Positions 17,676 through 27,101 of a DNA stretch of 64,000 bases are shown here, piece after piece. The stretch covers positions 559,919-623,918 of the forward strand of contig CAVXQD010000007.1 of the NCBI GenBank assembly GCA_963763885.1. Reading direction: 5' to 3'. Source of the DNA: an uncultured Acidimicrobiales bacterium. GTDB taxonomy: Bacteria; Actinomycetota; Acidimicrobiia; Acidimicrobiales; JANYDT01. The position numbers were made by a program, and so were the translations under genes. Each line of letters begins with the position of its first letter. The first letter of the stretch is position 1. The notes under the pieces were generated by a model. The model made no database searches. It saw nothing but the letters and a program-made list of their open reading frames with translations, and had not been told where the DNA came from.

Positions 17676-19403
17676 TCAGCCGTCGTTGCGACCGGCAACA
17701 AGCCGATCGGTGAGGACTTTGAACGCAGCCATGTCACCCCGGGCAAGCAGCCCAGACTGTTCGGCCCAGGTGGACAAGCTTGGAGCGAAGCTCAACCCGG
17801 CTGCCTGGATGGCGCCCTTGAGCTGATCTTCCGACGAAGCGGCCAGCTTGGCAAAGGTGTTGATGCCAGCCTTGAGCAGTGCCTCGTTGAACTTCGGGCC
17901 GATGCCCTCGACAATGAGCAAGTTGTCGCTGCCGTCCTTGTTTTTGGCTTCCTCGGCAACTTCGACATTGCCCGAGCCGTACACAGCACCGCTGGCCAAC
18001 GCTTCGACACGTTCTGTCCCGGTGACAACTTCGCCACCGTAGCTGGATGGGTCCTGGCCGGAAATGAGGTACTCGGTGTACTGCTTGAAGCCTGCCTGAT
18101 CGCCTGCCACGAGATAGGCAGCCTGCTTCGGCCAGGTGACCATCGATGGCGCGAACGTGATGCCGCCCTTCTCGATTGCGCTCTTCAAACGGTCTTGCGA
18201 CGCGTCACGAATGTGGACCCACCGCGTGAGGCCATCAGCTCGCAAAGCTTGGTCGATCTTCGGACCGATTCCTTCGATCACTTTGAGATCGTCGGGGCCA
18301 GCTGTTGCTTCAGCGAGTTGACCGCGCAAGCCTTGGATCTCCGTGTCGCGGGTTGACACGAACCCGGTCAGCTCGGTGTGCTGGCCCTGCAGAGAAGCAT
18401 GCTGGCCTTCCAGTGCCTTGTAACGCGACTCCCAATCGGCCGCAACCTTGGCGCGGTCACCCTCAAGCGCCGAGTACTTGGCCTGCCACTCAGCGGCAAC
18501 CTTGGCACGCTCAGCCTCAGCCGCGTTGAACTTGGCCTCCCAATCGGCACCACGCTTGGCGCTGTCGGCAACGCTGGCTTCCGCAGTCTCCGCGCGCTTG
18601 CGCCAGTCTGCAGCGACCCGCTGGTGTTCTGCGTCTGCGTTCTTCTGCGAGGTTTCCAACTCGGCATAACGACGCGACCAGTTACCCAAATCACCCTCAG
18701 CCTTCTCCGCACGCAAACGCCACTCAGCCAAAGCCTTGTCAGCCTTGTCATTGTCAGCCTTGGTAGAACCCAACAAGCCCTGAACCTCAACAGCCTTCGC
18801 CTCAGCAGCAGACACCTTCGCAGCGGCAGCACTCTCCGCTGCAGACACCTTCGAAGACCACTCACCAACAACACGCGCATGCTCCGCATCCGCGTCCGCG
18901 ATGCGCTTCTCTGCAGCGGCCTTGGCGGCCTCGCCGGTCTCGGCCCGCTTACGCCAATCGCCAAGTGTGAGCTCGTAGTCGTTCTTCTGCTTTGCGAGCT
19001 CTGCCTTCAGGCCATCGATCTCGGCCTTTGAGGTGTCGACGGTGGCGACAAGGCCCTGCAAACGGGTGGCTTCGGCCTTGTGCGTGGACAGGTCGGCCTC
19101 GTGAGTCCGAACCAACGCAGCGGACTTGTCGAGGTCGGCACGGAGCGAACCAAGTTGACCGTCGTAGTCACCCTTGAGCGACACGATGGAGTCATCTTTG
19201 AGCTTCAACGCGTGCGAATGCTCATCGGAAAGAGTCTTGAGCCGGGTCGACTCGTCGGTTGAGGTCTCTACAACACGACGCAACACTTCTTCGTGGGACT
19301 TGCCACGCTTACCAAACCACCAATTGACCAAAAAACCGAGAGCGAACGCAGCGAGCGCCGCAAGCAGCGTTCCGCCGTGAAAATCCCAAGCAGCGAGAGT
19401 CAT
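17676..19403 (-). CDS. membrane-anchored coiled-coil protein with two C-terminal helix-hairpin-helix modules
   Basis: An N-terminal TM segment precedes ~330 aa of A/E/K-rich heptad-like sequence with repeated W-containing units (DWRKRAETxEA, AEWQAKYSALEG, ADWESRYKALEG). Two modules follow: DDLKVIEGIGPKIDQALRADGL... and NLLIVEGIGPKFNEALLKAGI... It lies 33 nt upstream of the FAS1-OmpA gene on the same strand. Confidence 0.7.
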   Translation of the reverse strand: MTLAAWDFHGGTLLAALAAFALGFLVNWWFGKRGKSHEEVLRRVVETSTDESTRLKTLSDEHSHALKLKDDSIVSLKGDYDGQLGSLRADLDKSAALVRTHEADLSTHKAEATRLQGLVATVDTSKAEIDGLKAELAKQKNDYELTLGDWRKRAETGEAAKAAAEKRIADADAEHARVVGEWSSKVSAAESAAAAKVSAAEAKAVEVQGLLGSTKADNDKADKALAEWRLRAEKAEGDLGNWSRRYAELETSQKNADAEHQRVAADWRKRAETAEASVADSAKRGADWEAKFNAAEAERAKVAAEWQAKYSALEGDRAKVAADWESRYKALEGQHASLQGQHTELTGFVSTRDTEIQGLRGQLAEATAGPDDLKVIEGIGPKIDQALRADGLTRWVHIRDASQDRLKSAIEKGGITFAPSMVTWPKQAAYLVAGDQAGFKQYTEYLISGQDPSSYGGEVVTGTERVEALASGAVYGSGNVEVAEEAKNKDGSDNLLIVEGIGPKFNEALLKAGINTFAKLAASSEDQLKGAIQAAGLSFAPSLSTWAEQSGLLARGDMAAFKVLTDRLVAGRNDG

Positions 19404-19762
19404 GAGTAAAAGGGTCCCTTCCCGGACAACACCGGAACAGCACGTTTGACCAACTCGCGCAACGGTTGGCAGACGTGCAAAATCAGCTGGAAATGTTGCT
19501 TACGCAACGGCCGCTGATCCGGCGGAACGGGGAAGTTCCGGAGCCTCGGTGCGCGCTTCGGACAATAGCGAGCATCATCAACATTGGCGAATGGCAGCCG
19601 GGAAATTTCCACGGAGTTGACGGGAATTAACGCCCGTTAACGCAGAATTGCCCGCCCCATACCACGAGGCGTGGCGGAGGCGAGCAATTTGACTTTGATT
19701 TCGGACCTGAATCCGGGACCTGAAATCCAGGAGCTGAATCCCGGACCGGAAGCCGGAGTCGG

Positions 19763-20980
19763 TTAGGCCATCTTGGCCCGCAGGCGTACGTTGAGCGCCT
19801 CCAGAAAATCTTCTGTGTGGAGATATGGCTGATCCTTGGAGATGAGCAACGACAAGTCTTTTGTCATTTCGCCCGCCTCGACTGCCTCGATGCAGACACG
19901 CTCAAGCGTCTCCGCGAACTCGGTGACCTTCGGCGTGCCGTCCATCTTGCCGCGATACGACAGACCTTGGGTCCAGGCGTAGATAGACGCAATTGGGTTG
20001 GTGGAGGTCTTGTTGCCCTTTTGGTGTTCGCGGTAGTGGCGGGTCACGGTACCGTGAGCGGCCTCAGCTTCGACGGTCTTGCCGTCTGGAGTCATCAGCA
20101 CGCTGGTCATGAGGCCAAGCGAGCCGTAGCCCTGCGCAACCGTGTCTGATTGCACGTCCCCGTCGTAGTTCTTGCAGGCCCACACGTAACCGCCTTCCCA
20201 CTTCATCGCACACGCAACCATGTCATCGATGAGGCGGTGCTCGTAGCTGAGACCGGCTTTGTCCATATCGGCTTTGAATTCGGTCTCGTAAATCTCCTGA
20301 AAGAGATCTTTGAACTGGCCGTCGTAAGCCTTCATGATTGTGTTCTTGGTTGACAGATAAACCGGCAAGTTGCGGTCCAAGCCGTAGCGCAAAGAAGCAC
20401 GAGCGAAGTCACGGATTGAGTTGTTGTAGTTGTACATGCCCATCACCACGCCACCGTCTGGGCCGTAGTCAGCGATCTTCATTTCAACCGGTGCGCTGCC
20501 GTCTTTCGGCACGTACGTCATGGTGACGGTGCCTTCGCCCGGCACCTTGAAGTCTGTGGCCTTGTACTGATCACCGTGGGCGTGACGACCAATGATGATT
20601 GGCTTGGTCCAGCCCGGCACAAGGCGAGGGATGTTGGAAATGACAATTGGCTCCCGGAAGATGACGCCGCCCAGAATGTTGCGGATGGTGCCGTTTGGCG
20701 ACTTCCACATCTTCTTGAGGCCGAACTCTTCAACACGAGCCTCGTCTGGTGTGATGGTTGCGCACTTCACTGCAACGCCGTACTTCTTTGTTGCGTTAGC
20801 CGAGTCGATGGTGATCTGGTCGTCGGTTGCATCGCGCTTCTCGATGCCCAAGTCGTAGTAATCCAGCTCGATATCCAGGTACGGAAGGATGAGCTTGTCT
20901 TTGATGAACTGCCAGATGATGCGGGTCATCTCGTCACCGTCCATCTCGACGACGGGGGTGGCGACTTTGATCTTGGCCAT
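19763..20980 (-). CDS. icd: NADP-dependent isocitrate dehydrogenase (eukaryote-like homodimeric type)
   Basis: [36 protein letters not shown]...KCATITPDE...[12 protein letters not shown]...GDVQSD...; 405 aa. Confidence 0.92.
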   Translation of the reverse strand: MAKIKVATPVVEMDGDEMTRIIWQFIKDKLILPYLDIELDYYDLGIEKRDATDDQITIDSANATKKYGVAVKCATITPDEARVEEFGLKKMWKSPNGTIRNILGGVIFREPIVISNIPRLVPGWTKPIIIGRHAHGDQYKATDFKVPGEGTVTMTYVPKDGSAPVEMKIADYGPDGGVVMGMYNYNNSIRDFARASLRYGLDRNLPVYLSTKNTIMKAYDGQFKDLFQEIYETEFKADMDKAGLSYEHRLIDDMVACAMKWEGGYVWACKNYDGDVQSDTVAQGYGSLGLMTSVLMTPDGKTVEAEAAHGTVTRHYREHQKGNKTSTNPIASIYAWTQGLSYRGKMDGTPKVTEFAETLERVCIEAVEAGEMTKDLSLLISKDQPYLHTEDFLEALNVRLRAKMA

Positions 20981-21109
20981 GTGAATCGAGCTCCTACTGC
21001 AGAAGGGTCCTGGGGGTCCTGGGTCCGCCCAGGTTAGACGAGGCCAACCTCAAATGGAAGACAAGTAACAGACAAGTGCCGAGAACACGCCAAAGTCCGC
21101 TGGGATGGA

Positions 21110-22537
21110 TTAGTCAGCAGCGGCGCTGGCGGCCGCCGCTCGGACCATTTCCCACAGCCGCTCCACGTGATGGCGTTCCGTCGCTTCAACACCGATTGAC
21201 ACTCGCACCATCCACCGGCCATCTAACACCGACGCCGACATGAACGCCGCACCCGACTCATTGATTGCGTTCACCCATCGCAACGTGTGAGCATCGAGCG
21301 CGTCTCCGACGAGGCCGGGTGGTTCGTGGCGAATACACACGGTCTGCAACGCAACAGGAGCAAGAACAGCCCAATGGTCCGTGGCACGAACCTGCTCCAC
21401 GAACCACTGCGCATTCGCAAGATCACGTCGTAAGCGCGCTTGTATTGCTTCCACTCCGTCGATTGCGAGGTGGAACCACAGCTTCATGGCACGGAACCGA
21501 CGGCCAAGGGGAATGCCCCAATCCTTGTATTGGACCACCTGACCATCGGCGCCCGAAGCCAGGTAGCTGGGATTGGTGCTCATTACCTGAACTAGGTGCT
21601 GATGATCACGTACTAAGTACATAGAGCAATCAAGCGCGGTGCCCATCCACTTGTGTGGGTTCCATGAAATGGAATCAGCACCTTCGATTCCGTCGAACAA
21701 GGTCCGGCACTCCGGTAGGAGCATTGCGGAACCGGCCATTGCTGCATCGATGTGAACCCACGCGCCGAACTCCGCTGCGATCTCGACGACCTCCAGAATT
21801 GGGTCGAACGCCGTGGTACCGGTTGTGCCGAGACCAAGGATGATCGCTGCTGGCCGTCGACCTGCTGCAACGTCAGCGCGCATAGCTGCTTGCAACGCAT
21901 CTGGTCGCAGTGCGTAGGTAACGGGGTCAATCTCCACGTGGCGGAGATTGTCTGCTCCGAACCCGGCCAGGAGCACCGCCTTCGGCACAGATGAATGGCA
22001 CTGTGGCGATGCGTAGACCACCAACGGTTGCGGTTCACCCTGTAGGCCGCCGCGGTTTTGCGAGAAACCACTGGCTCGTTCACGGGCGCACAGCATTGCA
22101 ACCAGACACGCTGTTGACGCTGTGTCTTGGATGACACCGTGCCAAGCGTCTGACAAACCACACAGTTGCCGAAGCCAGTCGTTGACAACTTCTTCGACCT
22201 CGGTCAGCGCAGGGGACGACTGCCACGTGATGCCAAGCGAACCCAAACCGGATGACGCAATATCGCCCAGCACACTTGCCATCGACGCGTTGGACGGGAA
22301 CCAACCGAAGTGCATCGGGTGCTGCACCTGCGTCACGCCCGGCACCACCACGGTGTTCAGCGTGTCTATCAGTTGGCCGAACCCGATCGTTTGAGTGGGC
22401 GGTGAAGCCGAGAACCCGGCCTTCACCTCCCCCGGAAGAACCTGCGCGAGCACGGGCCTGCTCTCGATGGAGTCGCGGAAATCCGCAATCCAGTCGATCA
22501 GTTGGTGGCCTGCGGCTCGAAACTCTTCCGGGGTCAT
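21110..22537 (-). CDS. pyridoxal-dependent (group II) amino-acid decarboxylase, aromatic-L-amino-acid decarboxylase-like
   Basis: MTPEEFRAAGHQLIDWIADF..., HFGWFPSNAS, and the PLP lysine motif SISWNPHKWMG. The ATG at 22537 overlaps the upstream stop (ATGA). Confidence 0.85.
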   Translation of the reverse strand: MTPEEFRAAGHQLIDWIADFRDSIESRPVLAQVLPGEVKAGFSASPPTQTIGFGQLIDTLNTVVVPGVTQVQHPMHFGWFPSNASMASVLGDIASSGLGSLGITWQSSPALTEVEEVVNDWLRQLCGLSDAWHGVIQDTASTACLVAMLCARERASGFSQNRGGLQGEPQPLVVYASPQCHSSVPKAVLLAGFGADNLRHVEIDPVTYALRPDALQAAMRADVAAGRRPAAIILGLGTTGTTAFDPILEVVEIAAEFGAWVHIDAAMAGSAMLLPECRTLFDGIEGADSISWNPHKWMGTALDCSMYLVRDHQHLVQVMSTNPSYLASGADGQVVQYKDWGIPLGRRFRAMKLWFHLAIDGVEAIQARLRRDLANAQWFVEQVRATDHWAVLAPVALQTVCIRHEPPGLVGDALDAHTLRWVNAINESGAAFMSASVLDGRWMVRVSIGVEATERHHVERLWEMVRAAAASAAAD

Positions 22538-23256
22538 ACCTCTGGCTCTCGTGTTGCCCACAACGCGGGGTCGACGCCGCGCTCCTTGAGCCGCTTTTGT
22601 CCCCATAGCGGGATTGGGAGCGTCTGCCCCTGGGCCAACATGTCGAACATCGGCCCGTCTTCGGCCCAGACGTGGCACGTGTTGCGGTTGCGTTGAAACG
22701 ATTGTTCCCGCATCCTCGCTGCAGCCTCAGCTCGTGCCTGGGCCTGCTCAGGCGTTTCGGAGGGGTTCGGCGTGAAGGTGCTTGCGTCGTGATCACGATG
22801 GAAGAACGCCCACAGGCTTTGAATAGCTACGGGTGCCATGGCATTAGTAAGTGCACCTATGTGTGTACATCCACGCGGGCCGCCAAACAGCTCTTTGACC
22901 TTGGCAGTGAAACCACGCGCAATGGACAAGCCGACAAGCTCTTGATAGCTGGCCTTGATCAACTGACATTCCGTGTGCGGCGTGACGTGCATCTCCGTGA
23001 AGACTTCAGTGATCACGGTGGTGGGAGCGTGAAACACGATGTGCAGTTCCATGTGATGGATGGTCATCGGCTCGGTGTCGTTGATCCCCCACATTCCGTC
23101 TGGTTTCACGTCGCGAATGTGGCCGATGAGACGGCAGTGTTCGTCGTCCTCGAAGTACGAACCAATTTCGTACGCGCGCTGATGGATAAGAGCCCCGCCG
23201 GGCTTGGGGCCGGCAAGCTGGGCGGTTGCCTCACGGTCAATGGAACGGTTGCTCAC
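22534..23256 (-). CDS. DUF2889 domain protein
   Basis: HHMELHIVF... and GGPRGCTHIGALTNAMAPVAIQS are characteristic of DUF2889. GTG 23256 overlaps the LLM stop (GTGA), and its own stop overlaps the decarboxylase ATG. Confidence 0.6.
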   Translation of the reverse strand: MSNRSIDREATAQLAGPKPGGALIHQRAYEIGSYFEDDEHCRLIGHIRDVKPDGMWGINDTEPMTIHHMELHIVFHAPTTVITEVFTEMHVTPHTECQLIKASYQELVGLSIARGFTAKVKELFGGPRGCTHIGALTNAMAPVAIQSLWAFFHRDHDASTFTPNPSETPEQAQARAEAAARMREQSFQRNRNTCHVWAEDGPMFDMLAQGQTLPIPLWGQKRLKERGVDPALWATREPEV

Positions 23257-24143
23257 AACAGCACCTCTGCAAGATCGCGCCACTCTTGTGCTGGGACCGC
23301 GCTGTCTGCCCGGAGCACCTGCACACAGACGTGGTCTGCACCCGCAGCATGGTGCTGTGCAACGCGGTCAGCGACCTGCTGGGGAGTGCCCCACACCACA
23401 ATGGCGTCGACCAGGCGATCGCTGCCGCCGTTCTCCCTGTCAGCTTCGGTGAACCCAAGACGCAGCAGGTTGTTCCAATAGTTGGGTAACCCCAAATAGA
23501 TCTTCATACCCTTGCGGGCGATCCGGCGGGCCTGGTCTGCGTCTGTACTGAGCACGCACATCTGCTCGGGCGCCAGCAGCGCGTCAGTGCCCATTTCTGC
23601 TCTCGCAATTGCAGTGTGTTCCGGCGTGGTGAAGTACGGGTGAGCCCCGTTTCCTTTCGTTGCAGCCAGTTGCAACATCTTGGGGCCCAACGCTGCAAGC
23701 AGCCGGCCAGGGTTGGTTGTCGGCGCCTGGCCCATGAACAACGCAGAATCCATCCGGTCCAAGTACTCCACCATGTGCGAATAGGGCTTTGCGTAGTCGT
23801 GTTTGCGGACACCGGCCACCAAATGCCCGTGGCTCACACCGAGGCCAAGAAGGAAGCGGTTGGGGAACGCTTCGCCAAGCGTCTTTTGCACGTTGGCCAT
23901 AGTCATTGGGTCTCTGGCGTAAATGTTTGCGATACCGGTGGCAACAGGAAGGCGCTCTGTGGCCCCCAGCACCAGTGCAGCCGCTACGAACGGATCTCGC
24001 CCCACCGCCTCAGGGATCCACAACGCACTGAAACCCAAGTCTTCAATGAGTTTTGCCGAATCCTTCATTACCTGTGCGGGGTGGGCGTCGAAGACACCCG
24101 TCCAAATACCGACCGGTCCAATGTTCACTGCTGGGAATGCCAT
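23253..24143 (-). CDS. LLM-class (luciferase-like) F420-dependent oxidoreductase
   Basis: MAFPAVNIGPVGIWTG..., FSALWIPEAVGRDPF, LGLGVSH, and a C-terminus typical of LLM proteins. The ATG at 24143 was chosen inside the track ORF. Confidence 0.75.
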   Translation of the reverse strand: MAFPAVNIGPVGIWTGVFDAHPAQVMKDSAKLIEDLGFSALWIPEAVGRDPFVAAALVLGATERLPVATGIANIYARDPMTMANVQKTLGEAFPNRFLLGLGVSHGHLVAGVRKHDYAKPYSHMVEYLDRMDSALFMGQAPTTNPGRLLAALGPKMLQLAATKGNGAHPYFTTPEHTAIARAEMGTDALLAPEQMCVLSTDADQARRIARKGMKIYLGLPNYWNNLLRLGFTEADRENGGSDRLVDAIVVWGTPQQVADRVAQHHAAGADHVCVQVLRADSAVPAQEWRDLAEVLL

Positions 24144-24374
24144 CCCCAGACCGTAGCGATGATGACCCCGCGCACTCGTAATCGACGGCGGAGCAGCAAG
24201 GGACGCTCGACCTACTCGCACGCCCACCGAGGCGATGTAGATGGGCCGAATGATTCATTGGCGATGGTGTTCACCAGTTTGGAGGATCACGTTGGACGCT
24301 GAGCGCCCGAAGATCTGGTCACCCAAGCAGCACCCCCCAAGTCGAAACACCCCTCACCTCAAAAGGACCCCTGA

Positions 24375-24566
24375 ATGCTCGAAATGTTCGTCTCCCTCCA
24401 GACCCTCCTCGCCGGCCGCAAGGCAGAGATCGAAGAGCGCGGTGCAACCGCAGTTGAATACGCCCTCATGGTCGGCCTGATCGCCGTCGCCATCATCGGC
24501 GCTGTCTCCTTGCTCGGCGACAAGATCAAGAGCTCGTTCAACACCATCTCCAACACCCTTCCTTGA
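24375..24566 (+). CDS. flp: Flp family type IVb pilin
   Basis: 63 aa. It carries the Flp motif ERGATAVEYALMVGLIAVAIIGAV (processing site G/ATAVEY). Confidence 0.85.
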   Translation: MLEMFVSLQTLLAGRKAEIEERGATAVEYALMVGLIAVAIIGAVSLLGDKIKSSFNTISNTLP

Positions 24567-24609
24567 TCCCCCTCCTTTGACACGGGCGCCACACGGCGCA
24601 CCGACCAAC

Positions 24610-24641
24610 AAAAAAACCCCGGCCAACGGCCGGGGTTTTTT
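24610..24641. terminator. bidirectional rho-independent terminator
   Basis: AAAAAAA-CCCCGGCC-AAC-GGCCGGGG-TTTTTT: a perfect 8-bp GC stem with an A-tract on one side and a T-tract on the other, between the convergent flp gene and 24673..25215. Confidence 0.9.
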
Positions 24642-24672
24642 CGACTTTACGAAGGAGCCGGTTGGCTGCGAT

Positions 24673-25215
24673 TTAGCCGAGAGCAGCAGAACCGGCGAAC
24701 GGGGCCGGGTCGCCAGGGGCAGGGAGCACAGGCCCTGTCCAGTGCATCTCTTTGGCAAGGACGTCGGTGAGGTCCTGCCATGTGTCTGGGTTCCAACCTT
24801 CGGCCGCATTGACCACTGCACCGCTGTTATCCACATGCACCAGCGCAGGGAGCGTTGTGAAGGCGAACGCCTTGACAATCGCACGATCTGGGTCTGGGAA
24901 GGTGAGAATGCGAGTAGCGAACGGGCCGAGGAACTGCTTGGCCTCATCGGCGGTAGCCCCCGCGACGACGAACGCCACACGGCAGTCGGCCTGATCGAAC
25001 GTCTCCAAGATGCGCGCCGCGGTCTTCAATACCCAAGCGCTTTCGTTGGTGAATGGATCAACCACCACCGCGAGGAGCTGGTATTGCACGAGGTACGCGG
25101 AAAGCGGGTAGGACTTTCCGTTCAACGACGTGAGTTGGAGATCGGTGGAGGGGTTGGCAGCCACGGGTCCCCAAGCTAGCTGACGCACCACGACCCAACC
25201 TTCACCTTCAGACAC
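24673..25215 (-). CDS. hypothetical protein (possible thioredoxin-like fold, no CxxC)
   Basis: 180-aa ORF with coding-like composition. Layout is loosely TlpA/redoxin-like (LTSLNGKSYPLSAYL...LLAVVVDP...). The GTG start lies inside the 25199..25267 repeat. Confidence 0.4.
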   Translation of the reverse strand: MSEGEGWVVVRQLAWGPVAANPSTDLQLTSLNGKSYPLSAYLVQYQLLAVVVDPFTNESAWVLKTAARILETFDQADCRVAFVVAGATADEAKQFLGPFATRILTFPDPDRAIVKAFAFTTLPALVHVDNSGAVVNAAEGWNPDTWQDLTDVLAKEMHWTGPVLPAPGDPAPFAGSAALG

Positions 25216-25267
25216 CTTCAGACACCTTCAGGCAACCTTCGGGCAGGCTTCAGGCAACCTTCAGGCC
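25199..25267. repeat. 6-7 phased copies of CCTTCAGRCA(A)
   Basis: CTTCA/G cores at 25200, 25206, 25216, 25226, 25237, 25248 and 25259 (spacing 10-11 bp after the first). Located in the divergent intergenic region, overlapping the GTG at 25215. Confidence 0.85.
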
Positions 25268-25300
25268 GAAGTCCACCACAACAGCGGTAGTTTCGACGCA

Positions 25301-26101
25301 ATGCATCCCATCGAAAGACTCCGCTATGTGGCGCGCGCAACCGACGACGGCCCCACCATGCTGGTCAGGGAAGCTGCGGGTGCACTTGCGTCGTTCTCCT
25401 CAGATCCGGCTGCCTTAGTCACTGCTTGTCGGCGCCTCGTGGACCGCCAACCACAAGCCGCCGCCATTTGGTGGCTGGCTGCACGGGTGTTGGCCTCACC
25501 CGATCCCGACGCTGAAGCCTGGATCGCAGCAGGTGACCTGGACTCCGACGACACCCCGGCGCACGTTCGTGACGTGATCCCAGAAGACGCCCGAGTGCTC
25601 ATTGTGGGTTGGCCCGAACTTGCTGCCTCAGGGTTGGCGAGGCGCGGTGACGTCACCATCTTGGTGGGCGATGCGCTCGATGAGGGCAGTTCGCTTGTCC
25701 GTCGGCTGGAACGCAGCGGACATCAGCCGGTGCTGGTCGACGAGCGGGGCATCGCGTCTGCCGCCGCCGACGCAGACCTCGTCTTGCTCGAAGCCGTGGG
25801 CCTGGGATCAACGGGCATCGTCGCAACCATCGGGTCTCTTGCTGCAGCAGCAGCTGCACATCAAGCGGGCGTACCGGTGTGGGCAACTTGTGGCATCGGA
25901 CGCGTCCTGCCGGGCCGTTTATGGGATGCGTACCTCCGGCGTCTCGAGCAGGACGGCGACCCATGGGACCGTGACTCGGAACTCGTTCCTCTCGGGCTCA
26001 TCAGCCATGCGGTCACACCCCAGGGGTTGGTTCCCATCACGCAAGCTCCGGGTCGGGCGGACTGCCCGGTCGCCGCGGAACTGCTCAAGTCGTTCGACTG
26101 A
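25301..26101 (+). CDS. hypothetical protein, eIF-2B alpha/beta/delta-like fold suspected
   Basis: The C-terminal half, ADLVLLEAVGLGSTGIVATIGSLAAAAAAHQAGVPVWATCGIGRVLP, resembles the IF-2B family core (aD.vlvGAd.i..nG.v.nkiGT..lA..A...gvP). Weak, by-eye call only. Confidence 0.4.
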   Translation: MHPIERLRYVARATDDGPTMLVREAAGALASFSSDPAALVTACRRLVDRQPQAAAIWWLAARVLASPDPDAEAWIAAGDLDSDDTPAHVRDVIPEDARVLIVGWPELAASGLARRGDVTILVGDALDEGSSLVRRLERSGHQPVLVDERGIASAAADADLVLLEAVGLGSTGIVATIGSLAAAAAAHQAGVPVWATCGIGRVLPGRLWDAYLRRLEQDGDPWDRDSELVPLGLISHAVTPQGLVPITQAPGRADCPVAAELLKSFD

Positions 26102-26147
26102 GGGTCTATTTCAGGGGGTTCCCCCCAACCGCCGCTATCGTGCGGGC

Positions 26148-27101
26148 ATGCTCGCAGCGGTGATTTCAAACGGTTCGCTCGTTGTCCAAGAAGAGCCGGA
26201 CCCGGTGGCTGGGACAGGTGAGCTGTTGGTGCGTGTCCACACCGCTGGTCTCAACAACGCTGATCGCATGCAGATTGCTGGGTTCTACCCGGCGCCTCCG
26301 GGTTCGCCGCAGCACATCCCTGGCCTAGAGATGGCGGGCGAGGTTGTGGGTACGGGACCCGGCTGCCACCGTTTCGCCGTTGGTGACCGCGTGATGGCCG
26401 TTGTGGGCGGCGGCGCGTTGGCTGAGTTGATCACGGTGCATGAACGCACCGTCATGGCCGTCCCGAATTCGATGTCCTGGGAGGCAGCTGGCGCCTTTCC
26501 TGAAGCGTTCACCACCGCTCACGATGCGCTCATCACGCAATGCACGCTCGTCAGCGGCGAGCGGGTCTGCGTGCACGGGGCAGCCGGCGGGGTTGGAATG
26601 GCAGGTTTACAGATTGCCGCCATCGTCGGCGCAACCGCGGTCGGTACCGTCCGTAATCCGGATCTGCGTGCGGCCGTCGAGGCCCTCGCTCCGGGTTCAA
26701 TCCAAGCGGTTGACCCGGCCGATTTCGCCCAGCACGGACCGTTCGACGTTGTGCTTGAGCTGGTCGGCGCCTCCAACCTGGCGACCAATATTTCGTCGCT
26801 CAACACCGGAGGCCGGATTTCGATCATTGGGGTGTCAGGCAGCGGGGGCAAGGCCGAAATTGACCTGCTCGCGATGATGAACAAGCGCGCACGGTTGCAC
26901 GGCAGCACGCTTCGGTCCCGGCCGCTTGAACAGAAGGCAGACGCCGCCCGCCGCGTGGAAACACAACTACTCCCCCACGCCGCAACCGGCCGGATCACCG
27001 TGCCGATCGTCGACGTGTTTCCGTTGGCGCAGGTCAACGAGGCATATCAACGGTTTGCTGCCGGTGCAAAGTTCGGCAAGATCGTCGTTTCCTGTAGGTG
27101 A
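26148..27101 (+). CDS. qor: NADPH:quinone oxidoreductase / zinc-type ADH superfamily (MDR)
   Basis: MLAAVISNG...LLVRVHTAGLNNADRMQ..., GLEMAGEV, VHGAAGGVGMAGLQIA, GKIVV. The ATG at 26148 was chosen; track ORF 25602..27101 is a run-on from the previous gene. Confidence 0.85.
   Translation: MLAAVISNGSLVVQEEPDPVAGTGELLVRVHTAGLNNADRMQIAGFYPAPPGSPQHIPGLEMAGEVVGTGPGCHRFAVGDRVMAVVGGGALAELITVHERTVMAVPNSMSWEAAGAFPEAFTTAHDALITQCTLVSGERVCVHGAAGGVGMAGLQIAAIVGATAVGTVRNPDLRAAVEALAPGSIQAVDPADFAQHGPFDVVLELVGASNLATNISSLNTGGRISIIGVSGSGGKAEIDLLAMMNKRARLHGSTLRSRPLEQKADAARRVETQLLPHAATGRITVPIVDVFPLAQVNEAYQRFAAGAKFGKIVVSCR

Noticed and set aside
19400-19612. 70-aa minus-strand ORF upstream of the coiled-coil gene
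   Set aside because: No RBS, composition unlike a protein, and it lies in a 360-bp intergenic region. Only small palindromes (TTAACG-CC-CGTTAA at 19627..19640) are notable there.
25602-27101. 499-aa ORF spanning the end of 25301..26101 and the qor gene
   Set aside because: The first 182 residues are an out-of-frame run through the upstream gene (Arg/Ser-rich). MDR homology starts at ATG 26148.
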